Shown: piece after piece, positions 10,837-18,933 of the stretch
Numbering within the stretch: position 1 is the stretch's first letter
Layout of the letters: each line of letters begins with the position of its first letter
Assembly (NCBI GenBank): GCA_963777955.1
Contig: CAVZSQ010000022.1
Span: 96,001 to 160,000 of the forward strand
Source of the DNA: Calditrichia bacterium
GTDB lineage: Bacteria > Calditrichota > Calditrichia > JAJRVZ01
DNA: 64,000 bases
Direction: 5' to 3'
Position numbers and translations under genes: made by a program
Notes under the pieces: model-generated
What the model saw: only the letters and a program-made list of their open reading frames with translations
The model's database searches: none
What the model was told of the DNA's origin: nothing

Positions 10837-12300
10837 ATGAATTCCAGACTATTTTTTCTACGGGGATATCGCTTCGAATTTCGTCACCTGCTGGTTGTGC
10901 TGATTTCCCTGATATTTTTCCAGATCCTTGTATCGATTATTCATAAAACATCGCTGCAGAACCTGCTGCTCAAAACGCAGGATTGGTATCAACGGGATGA
11001 AGCAGAACGCATGGCTAATCTGAGTACTACTTCTCTGGAATTGCTGCTGGAAAATATCCCGGCCCAGTTGTCCGCCGACCAGCAACGCCAGATTATTCAG
11101 GCCTTTGATATTGTACTGGGTCAGCAGTTATTGCAGCAAAATGTACAGGAAATATGCCTGATCGCACCGTACAACAATAAATTCATTGCTCTGGATGAAG
11201 GGAAACAGATCTTTAATTTTTTTATCAATAACGAACGATCAGTGGAAGTACCGGCCGATCAGCATGCTTCGGCGATTAAATTATTCGAGGAAGCCAGGGA
11301 AGAAGTTCAGAACAATGAACGGACTTACAGCCTGCGCGAGGGTGCGCAGACGTTTCATGTTTTTGTACCCTTCGTACCACGGGGTGAATTTACCGGGGCC
11401 ATATATGTAAAAAATACGCCGGATTTCAGTTATATCACGGGTGAAATTATTACCAGTTTTGATAAGATCAGTGCCATCTTTATTGCTTTAATCTTCCTGG
11501 GCCTGCTGGCCATGTTCTATATTTCGTCGTATACCGTCAAAGCGCGGGATGATGCGCAGAAATTACTTTTCCAGGAAAAGGAAAAATTGATCGCCGAACA
11601 AATTCATCACCGCAAGGAAGCACAATTTACCATGCGCATCTATCACACCCATCACAAGGCTGAAAAAATCATGGGTTTTATAAAGGAGGATTTGCGCGAA
11701 CTGACCTCGGCCTCGATTGAACAGATCAAATACCGGGTCAGCAAATATGCCAACTTCATATCCCGGGTGATTTATGATATGAAATGGTATGAGCCGCCGG
11801 TACAATCGATTCGCAATCCGATGTTCCGCACCGATCTCAATGAAGTCATCCGTTTTATCATTGAAAATATTTTTAAACGCACCTCAACGTCTTCCGGTTA
11901 TGATTTTGAACTGGATTTACACGAAGAAATTCCCAAACTTAATGTCAATGAGTTTGTAGTCTGGGAAATCATTGAACCGCTGCTGCAAAACAGTGTCGAT
12001 CATTCCGGGAAAAATGATGTGCGTATAAGTATTATGACCCGGTACGATGCGAATAAAAAAGAGGCCAGTCTGGTTATAACCGATAATGGCAGCGGTATTG
12101 TCGAAGAACTGCTTGAATCAGATGGAACGGGCCGGCAGCATATTTTTGAAGATCATGTTTCAACTAAAGAAGGTAATACCAACTCCGGGTATGGGTGTTA
12201 TATTGCCTATGAAATTGCCACCCAGCGCTGCAACTGGCAGATCGCTGCCGAAAACGGCGAAACGGGTGGAGCAAAATTTACCATAAAAATTCCATTTTAA
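10837..12300 (+). CDS. Membrane sensor histidine kinase (2 TM, periplasmic domain, atypical H-box, HATPase)
   Basis: Two hydrophobic helices; N-box EPLLQNSVDH, ITDNGSGI, IFEDHVSTK, NSGYGCYIA; His cluster RIYHTHHKAEK. Confidence 0.85.
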   Translation: MNSRLFFLRGYRFEFRHLLVVLISLIFFQILVSIIHKTSLQNLLLKTQDWYQRDEAERMANLSTTSLELLLENIPAQLSADQQRQIIQAFDIVLGQQLLQQNVQEICLIAPYNNKFIALDEGKQIFNFFINNERSVEVPADQHASAIKLFEEAREEVQNNERTYSLREGAQTFHVFVPFVPRGEFTGAIYVKNTPDFSYITGEIITSFDKISAIFIALIFLGLLAMFYISSYTVKARDDAQKLLFQEKEKLIAEQIHHRKEAQFTMRIYHTHHKAEKIMGFIKEDLRELTSASIEQIKYRVSKYANFISRVIYDMKWYEPPVQSIRNPMFRTDLNEVIRFIIENIFKRTSTSSGYDFELDLHEEIPKLNVNEFVVWEIIEPLLQNSVDHSGKNDVRISIMTRYDANKKEASLVITDNGSGIVEELLESDGTGRQHIFEDHVSTKEGNTNSGYGCYIAYEIATQRCNWQIAAENGETGGAKFTIKIPF

Positions 12301-12315
12301 AACCGGGCCGGGATT

Positions 12316-13765
12316 ATGAGAAGCCGAGCGATCCGTTTGCTGGTGATTGAAGACGAACAGTACGATGTCCGCCGGATCAGGAATACCTTAAAACCATTTG
12401 AACAGCGTATCCACATCCATGATGTGGTGGCCACCGGGCACTGCCGCCCTTGATTTAATCCGGGAAAATGAAAAATTCTACGATGTCATTATTATGGATT
12501 TTCATATTGCCGGCAGTCTTAATGGTGAAAACCTGATCCGCCAGATCAAAGCCATCGAGCCGCTGGTCCAGATAATCGTCGTGACCAAGATGACCATCAA
12601 TATTACTGATTTTGAATTTGCTAACCGTCTGATCGAAGCGGGAGCCATGTGGTACTGCACAAAATATCCCGTCGATATCGAAGAATATATTTACCAGCCC
12701 ACGGATTTCATCCTGAGTATCCTCAATGCCTATGAGAAACGCTGCCTGGAGCAGGCCCGGATCAGAACCGAGCAACGCCTGCAATATACCATTGATGAAC
12801 AGATCGAAGCCATACCGATCATCGGCAGCTCTCCCGGTATTGCCAAACTGCGTGAACAGATCAACCAGTGTGCCCGCACCGATACGACGGTTTTGATCCT
12901 GGGAGCATCGGGAACCGGCAAAGAACTGGTGGCCAAACACATCCATTTCCAGAGCAACCGTCGAAACGAGAAATTTGTACCGATCAACTGCGGCAGTATC
13001 CCCGAGCATTTGATCGAAAGTGAATTGTTCGGATTCGAGAAGGGGTCTTTCACCGGCGCCGATAAGAGCAAGCCGGGATTGTTTGAACTGGCCGATCACG
13101 GTACGATTTTCCTGGATGAAATCGGCGAGTTGCCGCAACCAGCACAGGTAAAATTACTGCGGGTGCTGCAGGAAGGGGAAATACAGAAAATCGGGCGGAC
13201 CAACCGTATTCAGGTCAATACACGCGTAATCGCCGCAACGAACAGTGATTTATGGAAGAGCGTGGAGCAGAAAAATTTCCGCGAGGATCTGTTCTACCGC
13301 CTGAATGTCCTGACCATAACTGTTCCCCCGGTCCGTGAACACCGCGAAGATGTGCCGGCACTTATCCGGCATTTCTTTATGGACTATGCCGAACGCAATA
13401 TGCTCAAAGTGCCGGAAATTACGGCAGAGGCCATGAAGCAATTGGAAACATTCTCCTGGCCGGGCAATGTACGGCAAATGCAAAATGTGGTGCAGCGCTT
13501 ATTGCTGACCACGAATACAGTGATCAATAAATCGGATGTGGAGAAAGTCATGAGCGGACCCAGCGGCGGAAACCCGCCCGCTGAACCGGTCTATAATTGG
13601 GACCCGGATCATATCCAGAATTGGCGCACGATGGAAAGGGAATTAAGAAAAAACTATTTTGAATTCGTCCGCAGCCACTCTAATTCAGATGCCGATACAG
13701 CACGAAAATTAGGTCTGGCTCCGCCTAATTACTACCGGATGTGTAAAGAAATTGGAATTAAATAA
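12316..13765 (+). CDS. Sigma-54-dependent response regulator (NtrC family: REC-AAA+-HTH); frameshift at GGG 12436-12438
   Basis: ATG 12316 gives MRSRAIRLLVIEDEQYD...VATG; removing one G joins ORF 12398-13765: DVIIMDF, GASGTGKE, ESELFGFEKGSFTGA, FLDEIGE, FREDLFYRLNV, WPGNVR, C-terminal HTH. Confidence 0.92.
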
Positions 13766-13781
13766 TTATCAAATAGATAAT
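13765..13781. promoter_or_regulatory. Candidate enhancer (UAS) for the sigma-54 activator
   Basis: Dyad ATTATC-N5-GATAAT about 85-100 bp upstream of the -24 element; the region is AT-rich, so a chance match is possible. Confidence 0.35.
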
Positions 13782-13837
13782 GAGTATATTATTAATTTAA
13801 TAATAAATTAATAATTTGAGAAAACTAAAATCTTAAA

Positions 13838-13850
13838 AAACAAGATGTTA
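13838..13850 (+). promoter_or_regulatory. IHF-like site
   Basis: AAACAAGATGTTA, one mismatch to WATCAANNNNTTR, between the putative UAS and the sigma-54 promoter. Confidence 0.35.
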
Positions 13851-13865
13851 TATTTTCAGCAGGGA

Positions 13866-13881
13866 TGGCACTATTTTTGTA
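13866..13881 (+). promoter_or_regulatory. Sigma-54 (-24/-12) promoter of the glucan locus
   Basis: TGGCAC-TATTT-TTGTA versus consensus TGGCAC-N5-TTGCW (GT instead of GC at -12); lies between the activator gene and the first hydrolase. Confidence 0.7.
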
Positions 13882-13950
13882 CATCTTTAATATTCTAACC
13901 ATTCTTGCAGACAAAAGCAGGCAGCATTTTAATATGGAAAGGAAAATATT

Positions 13951-14817
13951 CTGAAGAAATTATTCTTTCCGGTAATTTCTGTAATCCTGATTTTCCATTG
14001 CTTACTAAATAGTAGTTGCGATAAAAATAGTACGAAACCACCAGACCAAAAACCGGATTCGATATATGTTCCGCCAGGCTGGACGCTGGTCTGGCACGAT
14101 GAGTTCAATGCTGCTGAGATCGATCTTTCCAAATGGGAGCACGAAGTCAACGCCTGGGGGGGCGGGAATAATGAACTGCAGTATTATACTGCCCGGCCGG
14201 AAAATTCCTACACAACCGACAGTGTACTGATCATCAAAGCGATAAAGGAGACCTATACAGGTCCTGAAGGCACGCGCCAGTATACCTCGGCACGCCTGCG
14301 CACACTCAACCAGGGGGACTGGAAATACGGCCGTTTTGACATCCGGGCGCAATTGCCTTATGGCCAGGGGCTCTGGCCGGCAATCTGGATGCTGCCGTCG
14401 GACTGGATCTACGGCGGCTGGGCGGCCAGCGGGGAGATCGATATCATGGAACTACTCGGCCATGAACCGCCGAAGGTATATGGCACACTGCATTATGGCG
14501 GAGAGTATCCAGATAATGTACGCAGCGGATCATCTTACACCCTGTCCGGCGGTACATTTTCGGAAGATTTTCACCTGTTTACGCTGGAATGGGACACCAC
14601 CGAAATCAACTGGTATGTGGATGGTGAGCATTATCTGACCCTGAACAGCTGGTACAGCGCCAATTATGGTTTTCCGGCGCCTTTCGATCAAAGGTTTCAT
14701 CTCTTATTAAATGTAGCTGTAGGCGGGAACTGGCCGGGCAACCCGGACGCCTCGACAGTTTTCCCGCAGGAGATGAAGATCGATTATGTAAGGGTCTTTG
14801 AAAGGGATGATAATTAA
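13951..14817 (+). CDS. GH16 laminarinase-type endo-beta-1,3-glucanase, probable lipoprotein
   Basis: The frame of ORF 14353-14817 is open back to 13933: (L)KKLFFPVISVILIFHCLLNSSC, WTLVWHDEF, GGGNNELQYY, YTSARL, GLWPAIWML, GEIDIME, LLLNVAVGG. Start is CTG 13951 after AAGGA, or ATG 13934 with a missing base. Confidence 0.9.
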   Translation: MKKLFFPVISVILIFHCLLNSSCDKNSTKPPDQKPDSIYVPPGWTLVWHDEFNAAEIDLSKWEHEVNAWGGGNNELQYYTARPENSYTTDSVLIIKAIKETYTGPEGTRQYTSARLRTLNQGDWKYGRFDIRAQLPYGQGLWPAIWMLPSDWIYGGWAASGEIDIMELLGHEPPKVYGTLHYGGEYPDNVRSGSSYTLSGGTFSEDFHLFTLEWDTTEINWYVDGEHYLTLNSWYSANYGFPAPFDQRFHLLLNVAVGGNWPGNPDASTVFPQEMKIDYVRVFERDDN

Positions 14818-16837
14818 ATGACCAATAAATTAAATTCCAAATCTCAAAATCCAATCAGGCTGTTTATTACGGCGATGATTCTACTGATAGCTTCGCAGAA
14901 CAGTTTTTCTGCATTTTTCAAAACGCAGGGTGACACAATTCTGGACACGAACGGGCAGCCCATATTATTACGCGGGGTTGGTCTGGGCGGCTGGCTGGTT
15001 CCCGAAGGGTATATGCTGCGTACTCCCGGCTTCGGCTCACCCAGCTCAATCCGGGCTCAGTTTGAAGGTTTGATCGGAGCAGAAAATACGGATCTGTTTT
15101 TTGACCTGTACCGGGCCAATTATGTAAATGAAAACGATATCGCGGCCATTGCCGCTCTGGGCTATAATTCCATCCGGCTGCCGTTTCATTATAACCTGTT
15201 TTATGACCCGGACAGTTCCAAATTTGAAGAGGCAGGTTTTGCTTTGGTCGATACATTCCTGGAATGGTGCCGCCAGTATAACCTGTTCGTGATCCTGGAT
15301 ATGCACTGCGCCCCGGGGGGACAGAATGCCGGGAATATATCCGACAGCGACGGTGAAGAGGCGCGCCTGTGGACCAACAGTGCCAACCAGGATCTGACCG
15401 TGCTGATCTGGACAGAAATTGCCGGCCGTTACGTTAATGAAGAATTGATCATCGGTTATGATTTGCTGAATGAACCTGTCCTGCCATCCGGCTATAGTAA
15501 CAACATTCTGAAATCTTTTTATATCAGGATGATTGCTGAAATAAGACAGGTAGATGCAAATCATATACTCTTCATCGAAGGGAACAACTGGGCCACAGAT
15601 TTTAATTTATTAACTCCGCCCCTGGGCTCTAATACGGTCTATGCTTTCCACAAGTACTGGAGCGAGACCACGGTGTCAACCATCCAGAATATGCTCGATA
15701 TCAGGACGCTCTATAATGTTCCGCTATGGATGGGAGAATCGGGAGAGAATTCGAATCCGTGGTTTTATGAAACCATTCACCTGCTGGAACAGAATGATAT
15801 CGGCTGGAACTGGTGGACGCATAAAAAGATCGCCACTACCACCAGCCCGTACTCGGCACTGATTACTGAAAACTACCAGACCGTACTCGATTATCTGGAT
15901 GGCAATACGACCAAACCCTCGGAGGAATTTGCCAAAAACGCCCTGTTTGAGATGGCGGAAAATCTGGCCATTGATAAATGCGAGTACCATCCTGATGTAG
16001 TAGCCGCACTCTTTGACGGGCAATATAATTCGGTCAGCAAACCGTACCAGGATTTAAAAATCCCGGGAACCATCGATGCGGTAAATTATGATATCGGGAA
16101 CAACGGTCTGGCTTACTTCGATTCGGATTACAAACGGATCCGCTGGGATGTCTGGCAGCCCTGGAATTCAGGCGGAGCATACCGCAATGACGGAGTGGAC
16201 ATTGAGGCAGCGCAGGACGCCCAGGGGGCGGCATATAATATCGGCTGGATTAAAAACGGGGAATGGATCAGGTATACGATCAATTCAGAAATTAACGGTA
16301 TTTACCGCTTAGCTCTGCGTATTGCTTCGTCCGCTAATACCGGCCGGCTGAATGTCGAGATAGACGACCAGGCCCAGGTCAGTAATCTTTCCGTACCCAA
16401 TACCGGGGGCTGGCAGAATTGGCAATGGCTGGATGCCGGGGATGTAGAATTAACGGCAGGATCGCATGAACTGCGCTTATACTTTGTCCAGGAAGGATTT
16501 AATATCAACCAGATAAAATTTTCGTTACTGAGCAGTTCCGGATTTGAAAAGATCAATAGTACATTTTTTTGCGGGAAGAATTACCCGAATCCCTTTAACG
16601 GAGTCAATACGATTCCTATTGTTTTGCCAAATCCTACCAGGGTCAGGATTTCAGTGTATGACAACCAGGGCAAATTGATTAAAACCGTAATCGATGGCAA
16701 TCTGTCCGAAGGTTTATCGGAGATCAGGCTGGGATGGCCGCAACAGTTCAGGCGATTCAGTGGCTTCGGGCCAGTATTTTTATCTGCTGGATATAAATAA
16801 TAAAAAGATTACACGGAAGATGATTTTGTTGAGGTAG
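14818..16837 (+). CDS. GH5 glycoside hydrolase + CBM6 + C-terminal sorting domain (frameshift ~16727)
   Basis: GLGGWLVPEGYM, IRLPFHY, ILDMHCAPGGQ, YDLLNEP, FHKYW, WMGESGEN; CBM6 YRNDGVDI..GWIKNGEWIRY..PNTGGWQNW. Removing one G gives WDGRNSSGDSVASGQYFY...KMILLR, stop 16835-16837. Confidence 0.9.
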
Positions 16838-16838
16838 T

Positions 16839-16904
16839 AATAACCCACCCCATACCCCTCCCTTTCAGCCTATAGGCTGAAAGGGAGGGGCTAGGGGAGG
16901 GTCA
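16839..16904. repeat. REP-like GC-rich hairpin element, copy 1
   Basis: CCCCTCCCTTTCAGCC-TATA-GGCTGAAAGGGAGGGG inside a 66-nt unit that is 64/66 identical to 30800-30865 (only the loop differs). Confidence 0.9.
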
Positions 16905-16916
16905 TCAGAGTTAAAT

Positions 16917-18707
16917 ATGCGTATATTAAAAATACTGATATTAATATTGCTCTCGGCGAATCTCCTCCCGGCCAAAACCTATAAAGGGGCTGAATTGCGT
17001 ACGGTGAGCACATACCTGTACGGAAAATTCGAAGTGCGAATGAAGTCGGCAGCCGGCAGCGGATTGCTTTCCTCATTCTTTACTTATTATGACGGGACGG
17101 GTCTGCCGGCCAACTGGAACGAAATTGATATCGAGATCATGGGCCGCTACACGGATCAGGAACAGTTTAATGTGATTTCGCCGGGACAGGTTAACCATGT
17201 GTATAGTCATAACTCTCCTTTCAATCCCCAGCAGGCTTTTCATGTTTATTCTTTTGAATGGACCCCTGATTATATCGCCTGGTCGGTCGATGGCTATGAA
17301 GTATACCGGCAGACAGGTGATCATATCGCCGGTATTTCCCGGGCTCAGAAAATTATGATGAACATCTGGCCACCGGATAATGTGGGTTGGGCCGGTAGTT
17401 TCAATCCGGCTATTTTACCGGTCTATGCTTATTATGATTGGATTAAATACTATTCTTATACTCCGGGTGTTAACGACAATTTTACTTTGCAGTGGACTGA
17501 TGATTTTACCAGCTGGGATCAGGGCAGGTGGGCCAAGGCGACGCATACCTTTGACGGGAATAATTGTGATTTTATCCCGGCTAACGCGGTCTTTACCAAT
17601 GGCTATATGATTTTGTGTCTGACCGATGCTGTCAACACCGGTTATAACGGAGACCCGGTTGGCGATGAAGACATTGATCCCCCTTATATGGCCTGGGCCA
17701 GATCTTATCGTACCTGTGTAGATGCGGCCTTTTCAGAAGAGATCGATCCGCTTTCTGCCCAGACTTTATCGAATTATACCATTCCGGGTGCAGAAATCAA
17801 CAACGTTGTTTTACTGACCGATCAGCGCCGGGTCAGATTGCAGGTTGACAGTCTGGATAATGAGTTGAGTTACAACCTGATTGTCAATGGGATCAAGGAT
17901 CTGGCTGAGCCGGCCCATACCATGAGTCTTACGCTGCGGCAGATTACCAGTCCTCCGGCGGTTCCGCTTAAAATTAATTGCGGCGGTGCGGCCTTATCCG
18001 GTTTTATCGCCGATCAGGTCTGGGATTATTCAAAAGAATATGGCCGGGTGGGCGGTTATACGGTCACACAGCAGTCCGGAACGCAGTTCCAGGGAACCTT
18101 GCAGCCGGAAATATATGAAACGGAATTAAGAGACATCACCTTCTATAATATTCGCCTGGCCGAAGGAATTTACAATATTACCCTGCTGCTGGCCGAAACC
18201 GAATACAGCGCCGCCAATCAAAGAGTTTTTGATGTCTACTGTGAAGGACAATTATATTTTAATAACCTGGATATATATAATGAAGCGGGCAGCTTTACAG
18301 CATTGGAAAAGGTGATCGAAAACCTGACTGTTTCTGACGGATTGTTAGAGTTATACCTGGATACCAGCCAGGGCGAAACCGTATTGAGCGGCATCAAAAT
18401 CGACCTGATCGCTACGGGAATACAAAGTCCCGCGGCAGCGTCTGAGTCGTTTAAGTGGAAGATCTATCCTAATCCATTTAATGCCGCGGTAACTGTTGAA
18501 TATCAATTACCCGGATCCTCGACGGTTCAGTTAAAAGTGTATAACATGCTGGGTCAATTGGTGTTATCACTCGATCAGGGCTATCAATCATCAGGCAATC
18601 ATTCAATCAGGATCGATGGCAGTAGCTTAAGTTCCGGGATTTATTTTATTGAAGTGCTTGTGGATCGTGAAATTTCCGGCAGGATAAAGTTAACTAATTT
18701 AAAGTAG
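16917..18707 (+). CDS. GH16 (EIDIE, lichenase-like) + Ig-like + malectin/CBM57-like + C-terminal sorting domain
   Basis: YGKFEVRMKSAAGSGLLSSFF, WNEIDIEIMG, FHVYSFEWTPDYI; malectin INCGG..FIADQ..YNITLLLAE..RVFDV; IYPNPFN...SSGIYF...KLTNLK. Confidence 0.88.
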   Translation: MRILKILILILLSANLLPAKTYKGAELRTVSTYLYGKFEVRMKSAAGSGLLSSFFTYYDGTGLPANWNEIDIEIMGRYTDQEQFNVISPGQVNHVYSHNSPFNPQQAFHVYSFEWTPDYIAWSVDGYEVYRQTGDHIAGISRAQKIMMNIWPPDNVGWAGSFNPAILPVYAYYDWIKYYSYTPGVNDNFTLQWTDDFTSWDQGRWAKATHTFDGNNCDFIPANAVFTNGYMILCLTDAVNTGYNGDPVGDEDIDPPYMAWARSYRTCVDAAFSEEIDPLSAQTLSNYTIPGAEINNVVLLTDQRRVRLQVDSLDNELSYNLIVNGIKDLAEPAHTMSLTLRQITSPPAVPLKINCGGAALSGFIADQVWDYSKEYGRVGGYTVTQQSGTQFQGTLQPEIYETELRDITFYNIRLAEGIYNITLLLAETEYSAANQRVFDVYCEGQLYFNNLDIYNEAGSFTALEKVIENLTVSDGLLELYLDTSQGETVLSGIKIDLIATGIQSPAAASESFKWKIYPNPFNAAVTVEYQLPGSSTVQLKVYNMLGQLVLSLDQGYQSSGNHSIRIDGSSLSSGIYFIEVLVDREISGRIKLTNLK

Positions 18708-18724
18708 GGTCGATGCAATTCATA

Positions 18725-18822
18725 AGATTTCTCGCTATACCGCTTTGCGGCATTGCTCGAAATGACAAAACCTGCTGTCATTTCGAATCCTCCGGCAGAT
18801 GCCGGATCGGGATGAGAAATCT
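18725..18822. repeat. Inverted pair of TGTCATT...AATCT-type REP units with internal hairpins
   Basis: AGATTTCTC...TCGAAATGACA (18725-18767) and TGTCATTTCGA...GAGAAATCT (18776-18822); inner hairpins CCGC-TTT-GCGG and TCCGGCA-GA-TGCCGGA. Confidence 0.8.
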
Positions 18823-18933
18823 AAGTTGTCCATTTCAAAAGAATAATACTTAAAAAAGGAGGGCATACTGCAGCAAAATAAACTTAACAGAATTGAACAC
18901 ACAATGTTTCATAAACTAATAACGGAGGTTGTT

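Noticed and set aside
12455..13138. 227-aa minus-strand ORF
   Set aside because: Antisense shadow of the conserved sigma-54 activator; no recognisable motifs.
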